Positions 1-11,000 of a stretch of DNA of 64,000 nucleotides are shown one piece after another. Below the pieces are notes generated by a model. That model saw nothing but the letters and a program-made list of their open reading frames with translations. It was not told where the DNA came from and did not search any database. The stretch is from Felis catus. Taxonomy: Eukaryota. Position 1 is the first letter of the stretch. Each line of letters starts with the position of its first letter. The position numbers were made by a program, and so were the translations under genes. Location of the stretch: assembly GCF_018350175.1 (NCBI RefSeq), contig NC_058368.1, positions 196,170,001 to 196,234,000 on the forward strand. Reading direction: 5' to 3'.

Positions 1-92
1 AAAAGTAAACTCTACCCCCAATGTTGGGCTCAAACTTAGGACCTTGAGGTCAAGAGTGGCCATTCTCTGTGGCTGAGCCAGCCAGGCGCCCC
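1..92 (-). mobile_element. Carnivore SINE (Can-SINE), partial
   Basis: Ends in ctgagccagccaggcgcccc, the reverse complement of the SINE head. Confidence 0.8.
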
Positions 93-520
93 AGCTGTAC
101 TATTTTACATTCCCACCAGAAATATGGCATTTTCATTTTTTCCACATCTTTGTCAACACTCGTTATTGTCTGTCTTTTCGGTTACAGCCACCATAGTGGG
201 TGTGAGGTGGCACCTCATTGTGGCTGTGATTTGCATTTCCTTAATAACTCATAATGTGGAGCATCTTTTCATGTGCTTATTGGCCATTTGTACATCTTTG
301 GAGAAAGATGTGCTTAAATCCTTTGCCCATTTGAAATTAGGTTGTCTTTTGACTATTGAGTTCTAATACCTCTTTATATAATCTGGACATTAGACCCTTA
401 TCAGATATATAATTTGTAAATATTTTCTTTTATTTGGGGGCTGACTTTTTACTTTCTTTATAGTGACTTTTGAAGTACAACACACTATTTTTCTTTGTCG
501 CTTGTGTTTTAAGAAATGTT
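93..520 (-). mobile_element. Old L1 fragment
   Basis: Typical L1 3' region text (gatttgcatttcctt...gagcatcttttcatgtgcttattggccatttgt). Confidence 0.8.
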
Positions 521-527
521 TTTAAAA

Positions 528-701
528 GGGGCTCCTGGGTGGCTCAGTCAGTTAAGCATTCTACTCTTGGTTGCAGCTTAGAAACCACATGGTTTGTGAA
601 TTTGAGCCCTATTTGGAGCCTGCTTGGGATTCTCTCTCCCTCTCTCTACCCCTCTCCTGCTTGCTCTCTCTCTCAAAATAAATAAATAAACTTAAAAAAA
701 A
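528..701 (+). mobile_element. Can-SINE
   Basis: ggggctcctgggtggctcagtc head, CT tract, A tail, TSD aag(a/g)aatgtttttaaaa. Confidence 0.9.
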
Positions 702-744
702 GGAATGTTTTTAAAAAGTCTTATTTTATTAAAAAAATTTTTTT

Positions 745-960
745 GGGGCGCCTGGGTGGCGCAGTCGGTTAAGCGTCCGACTTCAGCCAGGTCACGATCT
801 CACGGTCCGTGAGTGCGAGCCCCACATCGGGCTCTGTGCTGACGGCTCAGAGCCTGGAGCCTGTTTCCGATTCTGTGTCTCCCTCTCTCTCTGCCCCTCC
901 CCCGTTCATGCTCTGTCTCTCTCTGTCCCAAAAATAAATAAACGTTGAAAAAAAAATTTA
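745..960 (+). mobile_element. Young feline SINE (SINEC_Fc-type)
   Basis: ggggcgcctgggtggcgcagtcggttaagcgtccgacttcagcc...cccaaaaataaataaa. Confidence 0.95.
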
Positions 961-967
961 AAAAAAA

Positions 968-1182
968 ATTTTTTTTAATGTTTTTATTTATTTTTGAAGG
1001 AGAGAGAGACAGAGCATGAGCAGGGGAGGGTCAGAGAGAGAGGGAGACACTGAATCTGAAGCAGGTTCCAGGCTCTGAGCTGTCAGCACAGAGCCCGATG
1101 CGGGGCTCGAACTCACCAATGATGAGATCACGACCTGAGCCGAAGTCGGACACTTAACTGACTGAGCCACCCAGGTGCCCCC
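968..1182 (-). mobile_element. Feline SINE
   Basis: Reverse-complement SINE; TSD aaaagtcttatttt. Confidence 0.93.
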
Positions 1183-1194
1183 AAAAGTCTTATT

Positions 1195-1920
1195 TTTAAA
1201 ATAGCTTTATTGAGGTATGATTGATACATAATAAATTTTGTGTATTTAAAGTGTACAATTTGGTAAGCTTTGACATGTGCATACATCATGAATAAAGCTC
1301 TGCAATCAAGATAGTGCCCCCAAAGTTTCTTTGTGCCACTTTGTCATCCCTCCTTCATGTCCCTTCCTGCACCACACCCCCTCAATCCTTTTTTTTCATT
1401 AAAAAATTTTTTTTAATATTTATTTATTTTTGAGAGAGACACAGTGTGAGCAGGAGAGGGGCAGATGGAATCTGAAGTGAGCTCCAGGTTCTGAGCTGTC
1501 AGCACAGAGCCCGACGTGGGGCTTCAACTCACAAACCACGAGATCATGACCTGAGCTGAAGTTGGACGCTTAACCTACTGAGCCACCCAGGCACCCGTAC
1601 ACCCCCTCAATCCTTAGGTAACTACTCATTTCTTTGCTATCACTGTAAGTTAGTTCGCATTTCCTAGAACTTTATCTAAATGGAATCATACAGTATATAC
1701 TCTTTTGTTCTGGCTTCTTTCATATAGTATACTTATTTTGAGATTCATCCAGATTGTATATGTATCAATAGTTCATTCCTTTTTTTGCAAGTAGTATCCA
1801 TTGTATGGGTGAACCACAATTTGTTTATCTAGTGACTTTGGGTTTGGGTTATTTCCACTTGAGGGCTTTTGTGAACATTTGTGCTCAAGTTTGTATGGAT
1901 ACATAATTTCATTTGTCTTG
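1195..1920 (-). mobile_element. Old L1 3' end fragment, interrupted by a SINE
   Basis: agctttattgaggtatgattga...tggaatcatacagtat...gagattcatcca. Confidence 0.75.
1390..1596 (-). mobile_element. Feline SINE
   Basis: Reverse-complement SINE; TSD acaccccctcaatcctt. Confidence 0.92.
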
Positions 1921-2257
1921 ATTATCCAGAAAATATCTTAACTAGTAAATATCTGAGTAACAGTTTCATTTCTTGAGCATCTCCTGTGGTTACCAGGCTC
2001 TGTGCTAAATGCTTATTTACTCTTACAACTTAGCAAGTTTAGTATTATTGTCCTTCCTTTACAAAGGAGAAAAACAATTCAGAAAGGTCAAGGCACTGGC
2101 TCAGGTCATGGGCTAGGTCTTCCTGACTTGGAATTTGAACTCGGGTCTGGTGCACTGAAGGCCATGTCTGCTCTTCTCTGTCTCCTCAAAATACATATAC
2201 TATCTCCCTTGTCTTTTGAAATCTTAGACTCATTGAATCTTCAAACCACAAAGTCTA

Positions 2258-2497
2258 TTTTGTTTTTAACAGGTTTTATGTTTTTTTTTACTTTATTTAT
2301 TTGTTTTGAGAGAGGGAGAGAGAGAGAGAAAGAACGTGAGCAGGGGAGGGGCAGAGAGAGAGGGAAAGGATCCCAAGCAGGCTCTGTGCTGTTAGCAAAG
2401 AGCCTGATGTCAGGCTCAAAGTCACAAACTATGAGATCATGACCTGAGCTGAAACCAAGAGTTGGACACTTAACTGACTGAGCCACGCAGACACCCC
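2258..2497 (-). mobile_element. Can-SINE
   Basis: Reverse-complement SINE; TSD aaaccacaaagtct. Confidence 0.9.
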
Positions 2498-2709
2498 AAA
2501 CCACAAAGTCTTTAAAAGCTGTTAAAATTATTTTAAAAATTACTAATGTAAATTTTGAAACACATAAAAGACATAAAGATTAATAAAACAAATGTGGTAT
2601 GTGAGCCACAGATAGTAAGAAATAAAACCTTGCCAACACAGTTAAATCTCCCTTCTCAGGCCTTCCGCAGAGGCCCCCACTGTCCTGAATTTGAAATACA
2701 TGGTTTGGA

Positions 2710-2945
2710 CATCAGCATGACGGAAGAGCCGAGTGGTTAAAAACCTAGACTCCCCACTTCTTGGATGCATGATCTTGGGCAAGCACGTAGCCTCTCAAAA
2801 GCCTCTGTGTCCCTCCCTATAAATGGAAATAATAAAATAAAACAGGCTTCAAAGAGTCACTGTAAAGATCAAATGAAACAAAGCATGTAAAACAATTAGC
2901 ACTGTGCCTGGCACAAAGGAGGACTTAGTAAGTGGCAGTTAATGT
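2710..2945 (+). mobile_element. MIR
   Basis: atgatcttgggcaag...ctataaatggaaataata...agcactgtgcctggcaca MIR core. Confidence 0.7.
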
Positions 2946-3144
2946 TAGTCCCAGAGCCTTAGAAACATGGACTCAGTTCATGAAATGCTCAAGTTAGGAG
3001 GCAGCAGGGGGATCACTGAGCCCACCGTTTCCTCTCCCTTTCTGCACCCAGCTATCTATGGGGGAACAGGGGAGACAAAGGCATTTTCTCTTTCAAAGTG
3101 GTTTCCTGTCTAGGGAGTGAACATTTGCCTGTTTGTTGAAATAT

Positions 3145-3210
3145 CCAAAGTGCCTTATGAATCCAAAGGTCTGCCCGGAAACAAGTGACGAGGACCCTGA
3201 GCAACCAATG
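3145..3210 (+). promoter_or_regulatory. CD74 promoter S-X-X2-Y module (RFX/CREB/NF-Y, CIITA-responsive)
   Basis: X-like cccggaaacaagtg 3174-3187, X2 tgacgag 3186-3192, CCAAT 3205-3209; matches the known invariant-chain promoter layout. Confidence 0.8.
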
Positions 3211-3292
3211 GAAGTATGCTGGCCTTTCCACCTGTCTGGGGAGCATCACCACCCCCTCATCCTGCCCTGTTAAAGGCAGGTTTGCCCAAGTG

Positions 3293-3390
3293 GGGGTATT
3301 TCCAGCTCTGTGGTTTTCACTTCCACTTTAACTAGTGGGCGGAGTGGCCTCCTGTGGACGAATCAGATTCCTCCTCAGCCCCGACTTCAA
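3293..3390 (+). promoter_or_regulatory. CD74 proximal promoter: NF-kB site, Ets-IRF composite element, GC box, TATA-like element
   Basis: ggggtatttcc 3293-3303; GGAAGTGAAAAC on the - strand 3313-3324; gggcgg 3337-3342; cttcaa about 3385-3390. Confidence 0.7.
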
Positions 3391-3428
3391 GAGGTGGGCC
3401 ACGGGTTCAGGGTCCCAGACACCGAGGA

Positions 3429-3430
<2 letters not shown>

Positions 3431-3466
<36 letters not shown>
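3431..3466 (+). repeat. (CAG)12 trinucleotide repeat in the CD74 5' leader
   Basis: 12 perfect CAG units counted directly. Confidence 0.97.
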
Positions 3467-3469
<3 letters not shown>

Positions 3470-3499
3470 GTGTGGTGGGGAAGACTAGAGGCCAGAACC

Positions 3500-3576
3500 A
3501 TGGAAGACCAGCGCGACCTTATCTCCAACCATGAGCAGCTGCCCATTCTGGGCCAGCGTCCTGCAGCCCCGGAGAG
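3500..3576 (+). CDS. CD74: CD74 exon 1 coding part (cytoplasmic tail with DLI and PIL leucine-based sorting signals)
   Basis: accATGg Kozak context; [25 protein letters not shown]; donor AG|gtatgt. Confidence 0.97.
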
Positions 3577-4364
3577 GTATGTGTGAGCTTCGGGAGAGAG
3601 CACACAAATCCCGGACCGCACAGACGTGCCCAGGTGCTGCGGGAGGAGCACTAGATGGGGAGCCGCAGGACGGCTAGATTCAGGCCCTGACTCTGGGTGA
3701 TGTTGAGCAAGTCTCTGGCCTGCTCAGGTCTTCTGTTCTCCCTCCTGTACAATGAGGGGGCTTCTTGAGGGCAGGAGTTTTATATTTCTTTGCACGATAC
3801 GCTTCTGAAAATCAGGAGAGCGCCCCGGATTCTCTCCCTAGGGTTTCAAACAATATCACAGGCTTCACAGACCTCGGGAAGCTGGACTGTGAACCCTAGG
3901 TTAGAAACTTTGGACGAGATTTGGAAAATGCTATGGATCCTAGATGGAGAAACAGAGTTTCGCAAAGAGGATGGTAGAAGCAGCTCATCACAGTGGGGTT
4001 TCTCTCTAATTCCCACCGACCAGTGTATGAGTTTGTATCAGGGAAGTATAGTCACAGGTGTTTGTTGAGTCGATGGACGCGTCCGCCATTACAGGAGGGA
4101 TTGAGAGATGCTGGAAGGGGTCGGGGAAAGGCAAAGGGGGACTCTGGCTAAATTTGTAGAAGGCACTGAAGGTTGATGTGGGCATGCCCTGCCTGTGTCC
4201 CTCTCCTTTGTAGCAAGGGGCCAGAGCAGCCACCCAGAGGACCCCGGGACCCCTCTCCCAGCCCCAGGATTCTCTCATCCAGATGTTTCCTGAAAAAAAG
4301 CAGGGTTAGAATGCAGCTACCCTGTTCAGATTCTGGGTCTCTCTCTCTCTCTCTCTCCCTCTCT

Positions 4365-4403
<39 letters not shown>

Positions 4404-5053
4404 TCTCCTTCTCTCTCTCTCTCTCTCCCTCTCTCCTTCTCTCTCCCTCTCTCTCCTTCTCTCCCTCTCACTCCCCCTCTCTGCGCCCCTTCCCTTCTAT
4501 CTCTCTCTCAAAAATAAACATTAAAAAAAAAAAAGAATGCAGGTACCCTGTGTCCCCAATAGTCCCCAGTCTTCAAAAAGTAATTTGCAAATTGGGGGTC
4601 CTGGTTGGCTCAGACACTAGAGCATGTGACTCTTGATCTCAGGGTTGTGGGTTCGAACCCCACATTAGGTGTAGAGGTGACTTAAAAATAGAATCTTAAA
4701 AAAAAAAAAAGGTAATTTGCAAATTACAGGGATTTAGAGCTGTGATGTCAGCTGTTACCAGGCAGAAAGGGGTTTGGGAGAGACGCTCAGAGATGTCATG
4801 AGGAACTGCATTCTGCGAGACAGGTGACCAGGCAACAAATCACTGCTTCTCTCTGGGTCTCAGTAAAAATAAAGACAATGATGATACTAGCCACGATAAT
4901 AGTCCCCTTTCACTGTCTACTTGTTACCAGTCCTCAGTCACTGTTAGTAATTACTGTGATTAGTTATGTGCTAAACCCAATCCTAATTCTCAAAGTAACC
5001 CTAGAGTCGGGTACTTTTCTCATCCCCACACTATTTATTTATTTATTTACTAT

Positions 5054-5097
<44 letters not shown>

Positions 5098-8000
5098 GTA
5101 GGCGTCACACCCAGCACAGAGCCCAGTGCAGGGCTTGAACTTACAAGCCTGAGATCAAGACTTGAGCTGAGATCGAGTTGGATTCTTAACCAACTGAGCT
5201 ACCCGGGCACCCCATCCCCATTTTTACTAAGAGAAAATTGAGGCTTTGTTAGCAACTTACCTAAGTTATCACAGCTAGTGAGTGTTGGAGTCAGAATTTG
5301 AACCCAGGACTAGCCTGATTTCAAAGTGTGAGCTCACTACCATCTGGCCCCCATCTGGAAGCATGATTTTCAGGGAGGGGAGATGGAGGCCCTCTGAGTT
5401 CAGGCCACCCAGTGAGTTGCAGACCCAGCATGGGCTCAGTGTACGGAGAGGGTGCCCCCTCCTCAGATCTTTGTCTGGTTTTCCTTTTAGTTTAGTTACT
5501 GCTTCTAAAACTGACCTGCCCTGTGTGCTCAGTCCTTTCCAGCCTTGAGCTGATCTCAGACCCTTTTGTGAGCACTTCTGCCTGGCAACATTTGTATCAT
5601 GATTCCTGCTAGTTCTGGTTGGCTCCTGACTTCAGCCGGTTATTATTGTTTATTTAAGAAGGAGGTAGTGGAAAGGAGGAAATGAATATAGAGGGGACAA
5701 GAGTTGGCAGTTATTCAGAACCAGGGGACCGGATTCAAGATGCAAAAAGAGGAAGGAAACCAGATGCTAAGTTTTAACTCTTAACTCCTGAGAAAGTGTT
5801 CAGTGTTGTGTGCCTAGGTATGGAGCCAAGGGCTTTACCCTCAGGATCTTATTTTCTGTAACAACCCTTTGAGTAGCTGTTCCTATCTCAGGTTACTCAC
5901 TCAGAGGGGTTAAGTGACTTGCCCCTGGTCCCTGAGAGAAGGGGGTGCAGAGCCAGGGTTCCATACCAGGCCTTATCTCCAATATGGCTGTGTAGATTCT
6001 TATGCTCATAGGAGAAACTGACATTCAGTTTCTCCTAAGACTGGAATTAGACTGTGTGTGGGGTTGCAGAAGGGGCGCGCGTGAGCCTGTAGGTAATGAG
6101 CTGGAGAGCTTGAGCCCAGACAAGACCCTGGCTTGGGTGGACTTTTTACAAACTTTAGGGGCTGGCTACCCCTATTCCTTGAGAAGCCCTAGAAGTGGGA
6201 TTTGTTTTCATTTTCCCCTCCTGTCTCGTCTCCTCTTCCCCATGCAGGGTGTTTGCTTTGTCCTAACAGAACAACAATCTTTTGGTCTGGACCTTGGCCC
6301 AGAAAATGCAGAGGACTGGCAAGCAGAGAGCCAATGAGAATGAGCTCTGTTTGTGACGTCATGAGTTACTATGCAGAAGGGTCTCCTGGAGTTTCCTAAA
6401 GTGTCCTTGTTGGTTCCTGGAGTAAGCAGAATGCAGTCTCGTCCCGACAGTTTCCAGACAGTTCCCACCGGGGTTCTAGTTAGTAGTCCCGCCTCTGGGG
6501 TGAGGTGGGAGAAAACAGGCCAGGAACTCTCAGGTTCCTGGCACAGGATCCTTACCTTCCCTAAACTGTACCACGTCCATGTGCCCTGCCAAACCGTATC
6601 CAAGGCCAACAGCTCCAAGGGCTGAGATCTGGCTACTCCTCCCAGTAGGACCATCCAGTTTAGGGAATGTGAGACACTCTCCCAGTTACACAGGCTCAGC
6701 GCCACACTCTCGCTGAAATTCCCCCTGGGTAGGTATCATCATTTGAAATATTTTCTGTGGTCACAGTCAGATCTTACTTCAAAGAAGAAAACTACCAGAT
6801 CCTAGAATTGCTGACGTGAGAGGCATCCACATGACAGGCCCAAAGAACAGCAGAGATTTGCTCAAAGACACTGAGAGTCTGGGGCAGAGGATGTGCCCCC
6901 AGAGGGGGTGGTGCCTGGCCCTGTTCTAGTCTGACATCGTCCAGTGCCCCCAACCTGCCCCTGAAATGTCAAGGCCTCACTTCTCGTTTTTAGGTGGGCC
7001 ACATACTCTGCTGTCCAGGTCCCACTTCTTTCCTTTTTCTCTGATTTCACCGCGGGGGTTGGGTAGGTGGGGGATGAAAACTGCCTTCCTCTGGAGGGCA
7101 GTCCTGATCCTCAGGAAATCCCCTGGTAGAAAGGACAAGGCACTTGTCCCTGGCTCTTCCCCACTCATCCTAAGTCCAGGGGATAGATCTAGGATTTCTG
7201 GTTAGGCGGACCGTAGGAACAGTAATGGTTGGAAATACAGGGCTTGGGGAATGTTTTCAAGCTGCATGCCCGTTGGCACTTGTTTGTGCTTAAAGTGTGT
7301 GTGTGTGTGTGTGTGTGTGTTAGGGGTAGCCGAGGGGGTGGAGGGACTGATAGAAATGGGGCATCCCCCCACTCTGTCAGTCCTTGGGACAGCCACCTCT
7401 GTGGACTCTCCTCTGACCTATCTCTCCATCCCCCCAACAGCAAGTGCAGCCGAGGAGCCCTGTACACAGGCTTTTCTGTCCTGGTGGCTCTGCTTCTGGC
7501 CGGCCAGGCCACCACTGCCTACTTCCTGTACCAGCAGCAGGGCCGGCTGGACAAGCTGACGGTCACCGCACAGAACCTGCAGCTGGAGAACCTGCGCATG
7601 AAGCTTCCCAAGCGTGCGTGCCCCGCCTCCATCCTGACCTCCCCCACCCCACGTCCCTTGGCTTCAGAGACCCCATTCCGGCACCCGGCCGGGCCTGCCT
7701 TCTTCTCCCTCATCTGAGCACTCTCTTCCCTGGGCACTGGGGCCACCCACGCTCATACTGTATGTACCTCCTGTTCCCACAGCTGCCAAGCCTTTGAACA
7801 AGTTGCGGGTAGCCACCCCCATGCTGATGCAGACGATGCCCGTGCGAGGCCTGCTCCAGGCGGTAAGGACGACCCCAGGACGGTGGAGCGGGGAGGTGTT
7901 ACGTAGCCCAAATGGAGGGCAGGTGCCAAGGGACAGGGGAGGACTGCTGAGCCAGGAAAAGCATGGCTAGGGGGAGCGGACCGCTGTGAGGGGTGGGACA

Positions 8001-11000
8001 GGGCCCACCCTAGGAAGAAGAGGGCTCCCAGGAGTGGGGGAGGAAAGAGCCTCTGGGGGCCATCCCTGGGGTGCTTACAAAGTGCTTCTCGTTTCCCAGA
8101 GCATCTCAGTCCCCTCTTTCCCAAAGCTCTTGATGTCCTAGATGGGTAATGGTTTTGTTCATAAAACAATCTGTTGTCCCCAAAGTCCTGGACAGGAAGG
8201 CTTATGCAGATTTGACCAATAAGGACCTTGACGCAGGAAGGTAAAGTGAGTGGCTTGAGCTCTCATGCTTGGAGGTGGCAGAGATGGGCCTGTTCCTGTT
8301 GAGCACCTGGGCCTCTTACCCAGACTCCAGCTGCTGGCTCTGCTGCAGGGCACCTCCTCTGTGGGCCAGTGCTGGTAACCCCCTTTTCTTTCCTTCCACA
8401 GCCCATGCAGAACGCCACCAAGTACGGCAACATGACACAGGACCACGTGATGCACATGCTCCTGGTGAGTGGGACCCAGCCAGTGACCCTGCCCACCCAC
8501 CCAGGTTTCCCCCGAAGGGAAAGCCTGCTCGAAGGCCTGCACCATTCTGGGCTCACAGGAGACATTCAGGACAGGCTCACCGGATCAGTGAACGAATGCC
8601 AGTGTGACCCTTCAGTGTCATAGTCTAGCCCTGCCATCCCCTTTTTTGAGTGTTAGAGAATCTGAGGCCCAAAGCCCAGGAGTGACTTGCTCAAGATGCC
8701 CACTTTTTCCTCCCCAAATTTCTTCTGCATGTCTACTCTGTGCCAGGCACTGCAAGGCTCTGGGCTCACACTGGGAAACACTCAGACTCGCTTCTAATCC
8801 CATGGGAGTCCCAGACTAGTGTGGGAGGCAGACAAGTGACCAGGTGATGAGGGACACGCAGGGAGCTTTGCATGGAAAGAAGCAGAGGGCCCGACTGAGT
8901 GACGGCAGGGGAGGGGGTGTGGAGGAGGGGAGGCCTGAAAGGTGAGGAAGAGTCTGCAAGGAGTAGAAAGAAGACTGGGGGTTAGTGGTAGATCCGGGCC
9001 TGGAACCTGGGTTTCTCTACTCCCAGCCTGGGGATCACGTAGCTGTGCCGCTGGACGGCCCTTGTCGCCTCCCGTCCCCACTGGCTCCGTTACGGCAAGG
9101 GTCCAGGGGAACACGGGCTGCACATTTCACCGTGCCTGTCGGGGAGCACTTTTTAAACCTTCCCTCCTGCCTTGCTACCCTGCAGGAGGGTGACCCTCTG
9201 AAGGTGTACCCGCAGCTGAAGGGGAACTTCCCGGAGAACCTGAAACACCTTAAGAACACCATGGGGACCCTGGATTGGAAGGTCAGCAGGTTTCCCCACA
9301 CTGGCTCCCTCTGGTTCCCGACATTAGGACAGGGCTGGGGAAAGGTGCTGTACAGGGAGGGGGGTGGGGTCCGGGGAAGCCATCCTCAGGGAGCTGCAGT
9401 AGTCTGGCCAACACCAACAAAGCCACAACCATGAAGAGGGCTGCAGCTGAGGAACCACCTAGACCAAACTCCGTGGGTCCGGGCTGCAGCTGGACTCTGG
9501 GGTGTCGAGTCCCTGTCAGACCCCCCATGTCTGTCCCCAGGGGCAAAGCCAGGGAAGGTTGGAGGGGGCTGATGAGCCTGACCCCTTGCCTCATCCCATC
9601 AGGTCTTCGAGAACTGGATGTATCAGTGGCTCTTGTTTGAAATGAGCAAGAACTCCCTGGAGAAGCACCCCGCCGACATTCCACTGAAAGGTATGGGAGT
9701 GGGAGCCTCGGGCTGCCAGGGCTTCTGGGGGCTCCCTCGAGACTCTCCTGGAGCTGCAGAGGGTAGGACCTGATCACTCCCTGACCCAAGCACTGGGACT
9801 CTCCAGGGCTCTCATTCCTGTCTTTCCTGCCTGTTCCTTCTGGCCTTGGCTGCTCCCCCCAGCCCCCATCCTGCCTGAAGGCCCACAAGGCAGAGGCCTC
9901 CTTTTAGGGGATGACCTCCCTTGCGGAGGTCAGCGCTGCACAAGTTGGCCTGGAGCAAAACCGCCCAAAACATCCCAGGTGTCATCACAAGGTCTTCCCC
10001 GCTCCACACTGCACAGGTTCCTGAGGGGGCTGGGAGGGCTCATGACCCCACCTTCAGAGGGACCTCCTCACGCTCACAGCCAGCAGGTGCCGGACAAGAG
10101 GGCCTTGCGGTTCTCCCATCTTGTGGACAACGTATGGCAGGATTTTCAGCCCTGAAGCATCGCGGAGTGCCAGGTCTCCATCCTGGCACTAATTTGCCAT
10201 GCAACTCTGGGCCAGGGTCTTCCTTCTGGGCGTCAGGTCTGGAAGTAGAAGAACAGTGGCCCGCCCCAGCCTAGGCCTCCGATTTTTCCGTCATAGGTTC
10301 ACAAAAGGCACGTTCAGTGTCATCTCGACCAACTCCCAGCTCATGTTTGAATTCCCTTTACATCCTCAACAAAGCCCCAATGTGTACTTGGATAACCCCG
10401 GTAACAGCAGCTCAGACTTCCCGAGATGCCCACTGCTTTTCCCTACAAATAAGACTCACAAGTGCGATCCCAAACTTTAATAGGCCTTGAGTGTCAGAAG
10501 AAATCATCAAGTTCTGGGATAAATCAGCCACATGGCCATTCACTTCCTCTGATCTCAGACTTTGTTGGTCCATGCCTTAGTTTCCCCATCTGTGCAATGG
10601 GTAGAGTGAGCGCGGCCACTTGGGCAGAAGGATCAGGCCCACAGCAGTGGTATGTGGGTCTCTCGTTCTGCCGAGACCCTGGCCCAGGGCCTGCTCACTC
10701 ACTGTCTTCGCCATGCCTGTCGCTTCAGTACTGACCAAGTGCCAGGAAGAGGTCAGCCGCATTCCCGCCGTCCACCCTGGCACGTTCAGGCCCCAGTGCG
10801 ACGAGAACGGCAACTATAAGCCGCTCCAGTGCTATGGGAGCACCGGCTACTGCTGGTGCGTCTTCCCCAACGGCACCGAGGTCCCCCACAGCAGGAGCCA
10901 CGGGCACCGTAACTGCAGTGGTAAGAGTGCCTGCTCGGCCAGGGAGTGTCAAAGGAGCAGGAAGGTCCAGGAAGGCTGCGGGGCGAGAAGTCCCTCCTGG

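Noticed and set aside
745..960. tRNA-like A and B boxes (ggcgcagtcgg, gttcgagccc) here and in other copies
   Set aside because: Heads of tRNA-derived Can-SINEs with CT tracts, A tails and target-site duplications; not tRNA genes
3310..3651. PolyAla and polyCys ORFs across the CAG tract
   Set aside because: Alternative frames and strand of the repeat; only the polyGln frame joins the CD74 CDS
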